Shown here one piece after another: positions 52,181 to 62,039 of a stretch of 64,000 bases of DNA. The notes below the pieces were generated by a model. It was not told the DNA's origin and ran no database searches. It saw only the letters and a list, made by a program, of their open reading frames with translations. The stretch is from positions 288,001 through 352,000 of the forward strand of contig CAVYTA010000007.1 of assembly GCA_963771355.1 (NCBI GenBank), written 5' to 3'. The translations under genes were made by a program, and so were the position numbers. The stretch comes from an uncultured Candidatus Rokubacteria bacterium. GTDB taxonomy: Bacteria; Methylomirabilota; Methylomirabilia; Rokubacteriales; CSP1-6. Numbering within the stretch: position 1 is the first letter of the stretch; each line of letters starts with the position of its first letter.

Positions 52181-52824
52181 GCGCGCCGCGGACCTTTCTC
52201 CTCGCCGGGCTCACCGGCGGCATCGCCACCGGCAAGAGCACGGTGAGCGCCCTCTTCACGCATCTGGGGGCCCGGGTCACCGACGCCGACCAGCTCGCCC
52301 GCGAGGTGGTGGCGCCGGGCCAGCCCGCCCACGCCGCCATCGTGAAGGAGTTCGGCCGCGAGGTGCTGCAGCCCGACGGCTACCTCGACCGCAAGCGGCT
52401 CGGCGCGCTGGTGTTCTCCGACGCCGAGAAGCGCAAGCGGCTGGAGGCCATCACCCATCCCGCCATCCGGACGCGCTGGGATCGCATCCTCTCCGTCTAC
52501 GACGAGGAGGAGTTCGCGGGCATCGTCTTCTGGGATGCGGCGCTGCTCTACGAGACGGGGGGCGCCCGGTTGATGGACACCATGGTGGTGGTCACCGCCG
52601 AGCCCGACGTGCAGATGGCCCGGCTCATCGCCCGCGACGGGTGCACCGAGGCGGACGCGCGGGCGCGCATCGCGAGCCAGATGCCGGTGGCGGACAAGGC
52701 ACAGCGGGCCGACTACGTGATCGACAACTCCGGCCCGCGTGCCGAGACGGAGCGCCAGGTGCGGGAGGTGTATCGCGCGCTCCTCGCCGACCTCGCCGCC
52801 CGCCGCGCCGGCGCTCCTCGATGA
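52177..52824 (+). CDS. coaE: Dephospho-CoA kinase
   Basis: GLTGGIATGKSTV, DAD..AREVV, LEAITHP, ADYVIDN. Confidence 0.95.
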   Translation: MSAPRTFLLAGLTGGIATGKSTVSALFTHLGARVTDADQLAREVVAPGQPAHAAIVKEFGREVLQPDGYLDRKRLGALVFSDAEKRKRLEAITHPAIRTRWDRILSVYDEEEFAGIVFWDAALLYETGGARLMDTMVVVTAEPDVQMARLIARDGCTEADARARIASQMPVADKAQRADYVIDNSGPRAETERQVREVYRALLADLAARRAGAPR

Positions 52825-52837
52825 GCGCCGCGCGCGC

Positions 52838-53725
52838 ATGAGCCCGCGCCGGAACGCGCGCGCGGGCACCCGGCCGGCCATTCGCCACGGGCGGGCGGGG
52901 TCCACCTCCGGCAAGCGGCGTGCCCTGGGGCAGCATTTTCTCCGCGACGAGGCGGCGGCGGCCCGCATCGTGGCGCTGGTATCGCCCACCGCGCGCGACC
53001 TCGTCGTCGAGATCGGGCCCGGCGAGGGCGCGCTCACCGCGCATCTCGCGCGTGCGGCGGGCCGGCTGGTGGCGGTGGAGGTGGACGCGGAGCTGGCCGC
53101 GCGGCTCACCGCGCGCTTCGCCGGCTCGGGGGCGGAGATCCTCCGCGCCGACGCGCTGGAGTTCGACTGGGCGGCGCTGCCCGCCCGGCGTCCCGATCCG
53201 GGCGGGCGCATCCTCATCGTGGGCAATCTCCCCTACAGCGTGGGCAAGCCCATCCTGATGGCGCTGGCCGGGGCCGCCCCCGCGCTCGCCGCCGCCGCGC
53301 CCACCGAGCTCGCCCTCATGCTCCAGAAGGAGGTCGCGGAGCGGGTGGCGGCGGAGCCGGGCGGGCGGACCTATGGGAGTCTCTCGGTGTTGAGCCAGCT
53401 CGTCTTCGAGGTGCGCCTTGCCTTCACCGTGCCGCCGGGCGCCTTCCGCCCGCCGCCCCTGGTGGACTCCGCGGTGCTACATCTCCGCGCGCTGACGGAG
53501 CCGCCGGTTCCCGTCGCCGATCCGCGCCGGCTGCGCGCGGTGGTGCGCGCGGCCTTCGCCCAGCGCCGAAAAAGCCTCGCCAACGCGCTCGCGGGCGGCC
53601 TCGGTCTTCCCGCCGAGCGGGGCCGGGCCGTCCTCGCCGACCTCCGCATCGATCCCACCCGCCGCGCGGAAACCCTGTCGCTCGCAGAGTTCGCGCGCCT
53701 GGCCGCCGCCCTGGAGACCGCATGA
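52838..53725 (+). CDS. rsmA: 16S rRNA (adenine-N6) dimethyltransferase
   Basis: LGQHFL, VEIGPGEGALT, GNLPY, MLQKEVA, F.QRRK.L.N. Confidence 0.95.
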   Translation: MSPRRNARAGTRPAIRHGRAGSTSGKRRALGQHFLRDEAAAARIVALVSPTARDLVVEIGPGEGALTAHLARAAGRLVAVEVDAELAARLTARFAGSGAEILRADALEFDWAALPARRPDPGGRILIVGNLPYSVGKPILMALAGAAPALAAAAPTELALMLQKEVAERVAAEPGGRTYGSLSVLSQLVFEVRLAFTVPPGAFRPPPLVDSAVLHLRALTEPPVPVADPRRLRAVVRAAFAQRRKSLANALAGGLGLPAERGRAVLADLRIDPTRRAETLSLAEFARLAAALETA

Positions 53726-56085
53726 ACGACCTCGACTTCGACCGCTCGCTGCCCGACACCTCGTCCACCGTGCGCGTCCACGGGCTCGGCGCCCGCGCCG
53801 AGATCTGGCGGGACGCGGAGGGGATCCCGCACGCCCGCGCGGCGTCCGAAGCCGACGCCTTCTTCGCCCAGGGCTGGGTGCACGCGCAGGACCGCCTCTG
53901 GCAGATGGAGTACGATCGGCGCCGCGCCTATGGCCGCTGGGCCGAGCTGGCCGGGCCCGCCGCCCTCGCCCAGGACGTCCAGATGCGCCGCTTTCGTCTG
54001 GAGGCGAGCGCCCGCGCGGACTACGCCGCCGCGAGCGCGGACACGCGCGTCATGCTCGACGCCTACGCGGCGGGCGTCAACGCGCTCCTCGGGAGCGCGC
54101 GGGCGCTGCCGGTGGAGTTCGGGCTCGTCGGCGCCCGGCCCGAGCCCTGGCAGCCGTGGGACAGCGCCGCCGTCTTCAAGGTGCGCCATATCCTCATGGG
54201 CATCTGGCAGGTCAAGGCCTGGCGGGCGCGGCTGGTGCGCCATCTGGGCGCGGTGCGTGCCGCCGCCCTCTGCCCCGGCACCCAGGACAACCCCCTCCTG
54301 ATCATCCCGCCCGGGATCGAGTACACGGGGCCGGGCGATCACGCCGCCGCCGCCGGGCTCGCCGAGCTGAGCGCGGGCGAAGCCGCGCTGCCCGCCCTGC
54401 CCGAATGGGAAGTGGGCAGCAACAACTGGGCGGTGTCGGGACGGCGCACCGCGTCCGGCAAGCCCCTGGTGGCGGGTGATCCGCATCGCCCGCTCGACGT
54501 GCCGTCCGTGTATTACCAGAATCACCTCGCCTGTCCGGAGTGGGACGCCATCGGTCTCTCCTTCCCCGGGGTGCCGGGCCTGCCGCACTTCGGTCACACC
54601 GCGCACGTCGCCTGGTGCGTCACCCATGCCCAGGCCGACTATCAGGACCTCTACGTCGAGCGCTTCGATCCCGCGGACCCGCGCCGCTACGCGTTCGAGA
54701 ACGGCTGGCGCGTGGCCGAGATGACCCATGAGACCGTCGCGGTGCGCGGCGCCGCGCCGGTGACGCTCGAGCTCACGGTGACGCATCACGGGCCCATCGT
54801 GCTGGGCGATCCGCGTCGCGGCGCCGCCATCGCGTTCCGCTATACCGCGACCGCCCGCCCCAACTCCACCTTCGAGGCCCTGCTGCCCATGCTGCGGGCC
54901 CGCAACGCGGACGAGTTCGAGGAGGCGCAGCGCCCCTGGGTGGATCCCGCCAACAACCTCGTCTACGCCGACGTCCACGGCGCCATCGGCTACCGCACGC
55001 GCGGCGAAATCCCCGTGCGCGCCCGCGCGAATGCCTGGCTGCCGGTGCCGGGCTGGGACGGCGCGCACGAGTGGCAGGGCGCGGTGCCCTTCGAGGAGAT
55101 GCCGGCGCTCCGCGACCCCGCGGTGGGCTTCGTGGCCACCGCCAATAGCCGCATCGAGGGCGAGGGGTACCCGCACTATCTGAGCCTGGACTGGAGTCCC
55201 GATTTCCGCACCCGCCGCGTGGTCGAGCGGCTCCGGCCGCTCACGCGGGCCACCGTGGCCGACATGGCGGCCATCCACGGAGATCGCGTGTCCATCCCGG
55301 CGCGTGAGCTGATCGAGATACTCACCGCGCGGCTGCCCGAGCTGCGCGCGGCGGACCCATCGCTGTCGAGCGACGTCGTGGTGCGGGATGCGCTGGACCG
55401 ATTCCTGGCCTGGGACGGCGTCATGGATGGGGCGGTGGTGGCGCCGACCATCTACAGCGCGTTCCGCGAGCGGCTGCTGCACGACCTCATGGAGCCCATC
55501 CTGGGCCCGCTCGCCGCCGAGGCGTTCGCCGGCACGCCGCGCGGCGCCGTGGGTCACATGGCGCGGCTGCGCTCGCTTCTCACCGCCATGATCCGTCGTG
55601 ACGATCGCACCCTGCTGCCGGACGGCGACGCGTGGCCGGCCGCCCTCGCGCGTGCCTTCGCGGGCGCGGTGGCCGAGCTCCGGGCGGAGCTCGGCGGCGA
55701 CGTGGCGTCCTGGCGCTGGGCACGCGTGCACACCACCAGGCCCGAGCATCCCCTGGCCGCCGCCTTCCCCGCCGCGGCGGCGCGGCTCAACCCGCCCGCC
55801 GTCGCCATCGGCGGCGACGGCGACACCGTGCAGGCCGCATCCTTCATCGCCGCCGCCGGCTACGGGCTCACCTCGACCTCGGTGGCGCGCTACGTCTTCG
55901 ATCTCGGGGATTGGGAGCAGAGCGCCTGGATCGTGCCGCTGGGCGCCTCCGGCCATCCCGGGAGCCCACACTATGCCGATCAGGCGCCGGCCTGGGCGGA
56001 GTGCCGGCTGCTCCCGATGCGCTACGGCTGGGCGGGCATCGCGCGCGACGCGGAGTCGCGACAGACGCTCGAGCCCGCCGGCTGA
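53722..56085 (+). CDS. Penicillin acylase family Ntn hydrolase
   Basis: RDAEGIPH, HAQDRLWQM, GSNNWAV, DPH, GASGHPGSPHYADQ. Confidence 0.9.
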   Translation: MNDLDFDRSLPDTSSTVRVHGLGARAEIWRDAEGIPHARAASEADAFFAQGWVHAQDRLWQMEYDRRRAYGRWAELAGPAALAQDVQMRRFRLEASARADYAAASADTRVMLDAYAAGVNALLGSARALPVEFGLVGARPEPWQPWDSAAVFKVRHILMGIWQVKAWRARLVRHLGAVRAAALCPGTQDNPLLIIPPGIEYTGPGDHAAAAGLAELSAGEAALPALPEWEVGSNNWAVSGRRTASGKPLVAGDPHRPLDVPSVYYQNHLACPEWDAIGLSFPGVPGLPHFGHTAHVAWCVTHAQADYQDLYVERFDPADPRRYAFENGWRVAEMTHETVAVRGAAPVTLELTVTHHGPIVLGDPRRGAAIAFRYTATARPNSTFEALLPMLRARNADEFEEAQRPWVDPANNLVYADVHGAIGYRTRGEIPVRARANAWLPVPGWDGAHEWQGAVPFEEMPALRDPAVGFVATANSRIEGEGYPHYLSLDWSPDFRTRRVVERLRPLTRATVADMAAIHGDRVSIPARELIEILTARLPELRAADPSLSSDVVVRDALDRFLAWDGVMDGAVVAPTIYSAFRERLLHDLMEPILGPLAAEAFAGTPRGAVGHMARLRSLLTAMIRRDDRTLLPDGDAWPAALARAFAGAVAELRAELGGDVASWRWARVHTTRPEHPLAAAFPAAAARLNPPAVAIGGDGDTVQAASFIAAAGYGLTSTSVARYVFDLGDWEQSAWIVPLGASGHPGSPHYADQAPAWAECRLLPMRYGWAGIARDAESRQTLEPAG

Positions 56086-56092
56086 CTCGACC

Positions 56093-57637
56093 TCAGGCCG
56101 CCGGCAGGGTGAAGGTGAACGTGCTGCCCTTGCCCTCCTCGCTCTCGACCCAGATGCGGCCGCCGTGCGCCTCGATCACGCTCCGGGTGATGGCCAGCCC
56201 GAGCCCCGTGCCCTCGATGTCGCGGGTGGCCTTGCTCTTCACCCGGTAGAACTTGTCGAAGACATAGGGCAGGTCGGCGGCCGGAATGCCGAGGCCGGTA
56301 TCCGTCACGGAGACGGTGACGACCGAGGCGGCGGCGCCTTCCGGCGCGCCTCCCGCCGTCACGGTCACCGCGATCCGCGCGCGCCCGCCGGCCGGCGTGT
56401 ACTTCACGGCATTGCCCGCGAGATTCGACAGCGCCTGGGTGAGCCGACCCGGCGTGGCCAGGACGGGCACGCGCTCCGGCGTCTCCACCGCGAGCGCGAT
56501 GTTCTTGGCCTCGGCCTGCACCTGCAGCGAGGTGGCCACGTCGTGCACGAGCGGAACCAGGTCCACCGCCTCGCGGGGAGCCTCCAGCCCGGACTCGATC
56601 TTGCCGAGATCGAGGAGGTCGATGATGAGCTCGTTCATGGACCGGGCCACCCGGAGAATGCTCTCGCACCGCGGCGCATAGCGCGCATCGGTGGGGCCCG
56701 ACCGGAGCATCAACTCGGCGGTCAGGACGATGGCGCCGAGCGGGTTCTTGAGATCGTGCGAGACCGTGTTCACGAAGGTGTTCTTCATCCCCTCCAGCTC
56801 CTTGAGGAGCGTGATGTCACGGAGGATGGCGGCGACGCCCACCGCCTCGCCATAGGCGGTGCGCACCGGGACCACGCTGGCCAGCGCGGTGCGGCCGTCG
56901 GGCAGCCCAAGCTCGGTGGTGGCGGGCTCGCCCGCCTCGAGGAGCGGGCGCAGCGGTCCCTCCGCGAGCGGCGCGGGCAGGGGGGCGCCCCCGAGCGCCT
57001 CGGGCTCGAGCCCCAGCATGGAGCGGACGGCGGGATTGGCGAGGAGCACGATCCCGTCGGGATTCACCATCACCACCGCATCCTGGGTGCTGCCGAGCAC
57101 GGCCGCGAGCGTGCTGCGCTCATCGGACAGCGACTGGTAGATGCGCGAGGTCTCGAAGCCCGCGCCGAGCCCCGCCGCCACCAGCGAGGCCACCTGCACG
57201 TCGTCGGGGCCATAGACACTTCGGCCGCGCGCCGCGAAGACGAGGGCGCCCAGCACCTCGAGGCCCCGCCGGACGGGAGCGATGAGGGCGGCGTGAAGAC
57301 CCAGCGCCGTCCAGCGCCCCTCGAGATCGGGGACGGGGTTCGGTTCCGCGGCGAGGTCGTCGATGAGCACCACGCGGCCAGTGGCAATAGCGCGTGCAGG
57401 CAGCCCCTCGCCCAGCGCGAAGGGCCGCTCTGCATACGCCTCCGCCGAGTCGCCCGTGAGCGGGTGCACGAGATACGCCTCGCTCTCCGCGTCCCGCAGG
57501 CAGACCGCCAGGTAATCGAAGGCGATGGCCGTCTCCGCCTGGTCGGCGAGGGTCTGGAACACGTGGGTGGGAATGGGCGAGCCGGCCAGCGCGATCAGGA
57601 GCTCGGATACGCGGCCGAGCCGATCCGCGAGGGTCAC
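56093..57637 (-). CDS. Soluble GAF-PAS sensor histidine kinase
   Basis: GAF-like N-terminus, PAS, VSHDLKNPL, NLAGNAVKYT, GTGLGLAI; GTG start overlaps the upstream stop. Confidence 0.85.
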   Translation of the reverse strand: MTLADRLGRVSELLIALAGSPIPTHVFQTLADQAETAIAFDYLAVCLRDAESEAYLVHPLTGDSAEAYAERPFALGEGLPARAIATGRVVLIDDLAAEPNPVPDLEGRWTALGLHAALIAPVRRGLEVLGALVFAARGRSVYGPDDVQVASLVAAGLGAGFETSRIYQSLSDERSTLAAVLGSTQDAVVMVNPDGIVLLANPAVRSMLGLEPEALGGAPLPAPLAEGPLRPLLEAGEPATTELGLPDGRTALASVVPVRTAYGEAVGVAAILRDITLLKELEGMKNTFVNTVSHDLKNPLGAIVLTAELMLRSGPTDARYAPRCESILRVARSMNELIIDLLDLGKIESGLEAPREAVDLVPLVHDVATSLQVQAEAKNIALAVETPERVPVLATPGRLTQALSNLAGNAVKYTPAGGRARIAVTVTAGGAPEGAAASVVTVSVTDTGLGIPAADLPYVFDKFYRVKSKATRDIEGTGLGLAITRSVIEAHGGRIWVESEEGKGSTFTFTLPAA

Positions 57638-58263
57638 GTCGTCGCTTCCCCGTATCCGCAGTGGGCGGCCACCAGCGCCGCCAGCGCGATCCCACCGGGG
57701 ATGGTGTCCACGGGCCCCACCACCGCGCGATGGCGGATCACGCCGGCCTTGTCCACGACGTAGAGACCCTGTTCCACCGCGGTCATCGCATGGTGGTGGA
57801 GGCGGCGCACGAAGTTCCGGTTCACCACGTCCAGCCATGCGCCGCGAATCTGGGGCCCGCTATCCCCAGTGGTGAAGGCACGGGCAAAGCTCACGAGCCC
57901 AGTGCGCGTGGCTACCAGCGCGCCCCGATCTCCCAGGCCATAGACGGCATAGAGGCGCTTGTCGGGATCGCACACGACGGGGTAGGGGACCGGCGCAGGC
58001 CGGAAAAAGCTCCGCGCCGCCTCCAGGAGATTGGGCGCGACCTGGATGACCTCGGCCTCGGCGGCGAGGAGGCCCTGGTAGCCCTCGATGATCCCCTGCA
58101 TGTAGCCGCGGCAGAATGGGCAGGTGAACCCGCGTGAGAACCACACGATGACGTTCTGGCGCCCGCGATAGGCAGCCAGGTCGACGGTGGCGCCTCGTAC
58201 CGAGGGCAGCGAGAAGAGCGGCGCCGGCTGGCCGACCGCCGCCGGTAGAGCGTCGAGGGCCAT
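57634..58263 (-). CDS. AhpC/TSA redoxin-like protein
   Basis: VGQPAPLFSL, FTCPFCR, DPDKRLYAVYGL, YVVDKAGVIR. Confidence 0.8.
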   Translation of the reverse strand: MALDALPAAVGQPAPLFSLPSVRGATVDLAAYRGRQNVIVWFSRGFTCPFCRGYMQGIIEGYQGLLAAEAEVIQVAPNLLEAARSFFRPAPVPYPVVCDPDKRLYAVYGLGDRGALVATRTGLVSFARAFTTGDSGPQIRGAWLDVVNRNFVRRLHHHAMTAVEQGLYVVDKAGVIRHRAVVGPVDTIPGGIALAALVAAHCGYGEATT

Positions 58264-58271
58264 CGTCTCAT

Positions 58272-59198
58272 CTAGGACTTGGCGGCGGGACTTGTCAACG
58301 GAGTCGGAGCCGCCGCGGGCGCGCTGCGTCCTGCCCCGGTGACCAGCCGCAGGAAGCCGGGCGACAGGCGCGGGTCGAGCGTGTCGCGGATCCCGTCGCC
58401 GAGGAGGTTGAAGGCGAGGACGGTGACGGTGATGGCGAGGCCCGGGAAGAAGGCCAGCCACCACGGCGGGACCAGGGCGGTGATCGAGTCCGCCAGCATA
58501 TTGCCCCAGGTGGGGGTGGGCGGCGGCACTCCCACGCCGAGGAAGCCCAGGGCGGCCTCGATGACGATGGCGACCCCGAGGTGAGTCGTGGCGAGCACGA
58601 GATACGGGGCCACGCACTGGGGCAGCACGTGAACGGCCATTACCCGCAGTGCAGAGCCGCCGTTGGCCCGGCCCGCCTCCACGAAGGGCATCTCGCGCAC
58701 GGAGAGCGCCACCGAGCGAATGACGCGGCCGCCGAAGGGGATGCGCGTGATGGCGATGGCGAAGATGACGGCCTGCAGGCCGGTTCCGATGGCCATGGAG
58801 ATGGCCATGGCGAGGATCAGGTCGGGGAAGGACTGAAGGACTTCCATGATGCGCTGGCTCACGAGATCGAAGCGTCCCCGCAGGTAGCCACACGCCACGC
58901 CCCAGAGCGAGCCGACCGTGGTCCCCAGCAGCACCGCGGAGAACGCGACGAAGAGCGACGTCCGCGCTCCGTAGATCACCCGGCTGAGGGTGTCGCGGCC
59001 GACCTGATCAGTGCCGAGAAGGCTCTGGGCATCGGGCGGCTTGTTCATGCGTCGGAAGTCCGCCTTGAGCGGATCGCGTGGGGCAAGAACGGGCGCGGCC
59101 AGGGCCACGACGATGATGAGGAGTCCCACCACCCCGCCGATGGCGGAGAGCGTGTTGCGCCGGGTGAACCGGCCCAGCTCCCGCAGGATCGCGCGCAT
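58272..59198 (-). CDS. Peptide/nickel ABC transporter permease (DppC-like)
   Basis: LGTDQVGRDTLSRVIYGARTSL, FVEAGRANG, EAALGFLG.G, WGNML. Confidence 0.9.
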   Translation of the reverse strand: MRAILRELGRFTRRNTLSAIGGVVGLLIIVVALAAPVLAPRDPLKADFRRMNKPPDAQSLLGTDQVGRDTLSRVIYGARTSLFVAFSAVLLGTTVGSLWGVACGYLRGRFDLVSQRIMEVLQSFPDLILAMAISMAIGTGLQAVIFAIAITRIPFGGRVIRSVALSVREMPFVEAGRANGGSALRVMAVHVLPQCVAPYLVLATTHLGVAIVIEAALGFLGVGVPPPTPTWGNMLADSITALVPPWWLAFFPGLAITVTVLAFNLLGDGIRDTLDPRLSPGFLRLVTGAGRSAPAAAPTPLTSPAAKS

Positions 59199-60155
59199 CA
59201 GCCGTACCGGATACGCGGGTCGAGCCACGCGTAGCTGAGGTCCACGAGGACGTTGACCGCCACGAAGATCACCGCGTAGAGCAGCACGAGGTTCTGCACG
59301 ACGATGATGTCGCGCTCGATCACGGCAACGACGAGCGCGCGCCCCAGCCCGGGCACGCCGAAGGCCTGCTCCACCGCCACCGAGCCGCCCAGCACGAAGC
59401 CCAGCAACACTCCCGAGATCGTGACCACCGGGAGCAGCGCGTTGGGGAGGGCGTGCCGGAGGACCACGAGACGTTCCCGCAGCCCCTTGGCGCGAGCGGT
59501 GCGCACGAAGTCCTCGCCGATCACCTCGAGGAGGCAGGACCGCGACATGCGTGCGATGTAGGCGCCCTGCGCGAGCCCCAGCACCAGCGCGGGGCCGATG
59601 ACGATCTGAAAATTCTGCCAGGGATCTTCCCAGAAGTGGACGATCAGGATGGGCGCCTTGTAGCCGAACCAGAAGAGGAGGGCGAGGACGACCAGCATGC
59701 CGAGCCAGAAGCCCGGGATGGCGATAAACAGGACCGACAGCGAGCGCGCCACGCTGTCGGGCAGGCTATTGGGCTTGAATGCGCTGAGGACTCCTACCGG
59801 GAGGCCAACCAGCCAGGAGATGATGAAGGACAGGAAGCGCGATCTCGGCGCTGATCGGGCCGCGGTGGAGGATCAGGTCGGCCACGGTGTCGCCCCGGAA
59901 GAAGGACTTGCCCAGCCGCCCCGCTCCGATGTCGACGAGCCAGCGGCCGTACTGGACGGGCAGGGGCGCGCTCAGCCCGAGATCGGCCATGATGCGCACG
60001 CGGTCTTCCGGCTTCATCTGCGCGTGGCCTTCGACACCCAGGATGGCCACCAGCGGGTCCCCGGGAATCACCCGCAGGACCAGGAAGATGATGACGGAGA
60101 CCCCGATGAAGGTCCCCAGGGCGAAGAGCGCCCGCCGGGCGAGGTATTTCTGCAT
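59198..60155 (-). CDS. Peptide/nickel ABC transporter permease (DppB-like), single frameshift near 59835
   Basis: YLARR...IPGDP, QY..W; after one extra base LSFIISWLVGLPVGVLSA...PGFW, EDFVRTARAKGL, HALPNA. Confidence 0.85.
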
Positions 60156-60209
60156 GGGTCTGGGCCGTCGCTCTCGGCGTTCTCGTCCGGCGGGCGGTGA
60201 CCCCCTCGG

Positions 60210-61898
60210 CTAGCCCTGAGCCATCCAGACGTTGTCCCAGCGGACCACGTCGTAGATCCCGAAGAACGTGGACGGGTTCTGTCCGCGCACCCGATTGTAG
60301 TAGGCGTCGTAGATCTGCTCGTACGCCACCGGGATCAACGGCGGGTCGTCCTCAAGAATCTCTTCCGCCTTGCGTACCAGGGTCTTGCGCCGGTTGTCGT
60401 CGAGCTCGCGATCCACCTGGGCCGCTAGATCGTGGAAGGCCGGGTTCGTCCACCGTGAGTAGTTCTGCGGGCCGCCCTTGCCATACCAGGCGCTGAAGAT
60501 GTCGGACGGGTCCATGAGGGTGGAGACGATGGCGCTGATGGCGAGGTCGAAGTTGCCCGCCTGGGCCTCGTCGAACCACACGGAGGTCTGTACCACGCGC
60601 AGGTTGCACTCGATGTTGAGGTGCTCCTTCAGCATGGCCTGGATGGCCACCGCCCAGAGCTTGAAGGTCGGAATGTCGCGCACGCAGAAGTCGAGGTTCT
60701 TGAGCCCCTGGCCGTAGCCCGCTGCCTGCATGAGCTTCCGGGCTTCCTGCACCGCGGGCTTGACGTCCTTCTGGTAGCCGAGCTTCTTCTCGAGCTCCGC
60801 CCGCGGCGTGGACATCTCATGGAAGGGATAGACGAAGCCGCCCACCTGCATGGGGGCGGCATCCTTCACCACTTCGATCAGCGTGGGGCGATCCATGGCG
60901 AGATGAATGGCCCGCCGCACCCGCTTGTCGGCCAGCGCCTTGTTCTTCTCCATGTTCATCCAGAAGGCCTGGATGACCGACTGATTGAAATTCGCCGCCG
61001 TCACGCCGGGCATCTCCTTGGCCTTGCGCCAGGTGACCGGGTCGAGCAGCCGGGCGTAGTCGACCCGCCCGGACAGGAAGGTCGCGCCGAGCTCCGGCGT
61101 GAAGGGCAGGAAGTGGTAGATCTCCAGCTTGTCCACGAGCGGGAGCCCCTTGTTCCAGTAGTCGGGGTTCCGCTCCTGGATCCAGATCTCCTTGTCCTTC
61201 CGCGAGACGTGGCGGAAGGGCCCCGTGCCCGGATAGTTCATCACCTGCCGGAGGTTGCCTTGGTTATCGTCGAGGGTCTTCTTCCGCACGATGATGTTCC
61301 AGCCGCTCGCGAAGGCGCCCAGCATGTAGGCCTTCGGCCGCGCCTCGGTGAGCCGGAACTCGACCTTGTGCGGGTCCAGCACCACGATGTCGCCCACGGT
61401 GGCGAAGAGCGGCGTGCGCGGGATGACCACGCCCTTGGGCGGATGCGCGATGCGGTCGTAGGTCGCCTTGACGTCGTCGGCGGTGAAGTCGGCGCCGTCG
61501 TGGAACTTCACGCCCTTGCGGAGATGGAAGGTGTAGCGCTTCCCGTCCGGCGAGATGTCGTACTTCCAGGCCAGATCCGGGATGATGGTCTGCCCATCCT
61601 TTGGGCTGCGACGAAGCAGGGTGTCGTACATCGGGCTCTGGGGCCCGATATTGGCCACCGTGCCCGACTGGTGGACGTCGAAGTGGGCGGGCGCATTGTG
61701 CACCGCGTAGCGAAGAGTGCCGCCCCGCTTGGCCGCCGGATCGGGCCGGACGGGCGAGGGGGTTTCCTGCGCCTCCGCCCGCCCGCGCAGGACGGCGGGA
61801 CCAAGGGCGGCGGCCCCGCCGACCACTCCCGCGGTGCGGAGGAAGGCGCGACGGCTGACGGATCTCTTCGAGTGGCCGGAGTTAGTCGGGTCGGACAT
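60210..61898 (-). CDS. Family 5 ABC substrate-binding protein with Tat signal
   Basis: SRRAFLR twin-arginine; KRGGTLR; YTFHLRKGVKFHDG; GTGPF; D.RVRRAI. Confidence 0.92.
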   Translation of the reverse strand: MSDPTNSGHSKRSVSRRAFLRTAGVVGGAAALGPAVLRGRAEAQETPSPVRPDPAAKRGGTLRYAVHNAPAHFDVHQSGTVANIGPQSPMYDTLLRRSPKDGQTIIPDLAWKYDISPDGKRYTFHLRKGVKFHDGADFTADDVKATYDRIAHPPKGVVIPRTPLFATVGDIVVLDPHKVEFRLTEARPKAYMLGAFASGWNIIVRKKTLDDNQGNLRQVMNYPGTGPFRHVSRKDKEIWIQERNPDYWNKGLPLVDKLEIYHFLPFTPELGATFLSGRVDYARLLDPVTWRKAKEMPGVTAANFNQSVIQAFWMNMEKNKALADKRVRRAIHLAMDRPTLIEVVKDAAPMQVGGFVYPFHEMSTPRAELEKKLGYQKDVKPAVQEARKLMQAAGYGQGLKNLDFCVRDIPTFKLWAVAIQAMLKEHLNIECNLRVVQTSVWFDEAQAGNFDLAISAIVSTLMDPSDIFSAWYGKGGPQNYSRWTNPAFHDLAAQVDRELDDNRRKTLVRKAEEILEDDPPLIPVAYEQIYDAYYNRVRGQNPSTFFGIYDVVRWDNVWMAQG

Positions 61899-62039
61899 GG
61901 GACACCCTCCTCTGGGCTCTTCCCGCGCTTCGGTGCGCAAGGTGGGGGAAACATACACGAGGGTCCCGGGGGATACAAGAGCGCCGCCCAGGCGCTTTTT
62001 GGCCGCGCCGGACGCGGATGATACCCTGGCGGCACCGCC

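Noticed and set aside
59820..59845. Programmed frameshift or pseudogenisation of dppB
   Set aside because: Single extra base, no slippery site, both halves intact; matches the insertion-type errors seen elsewhere
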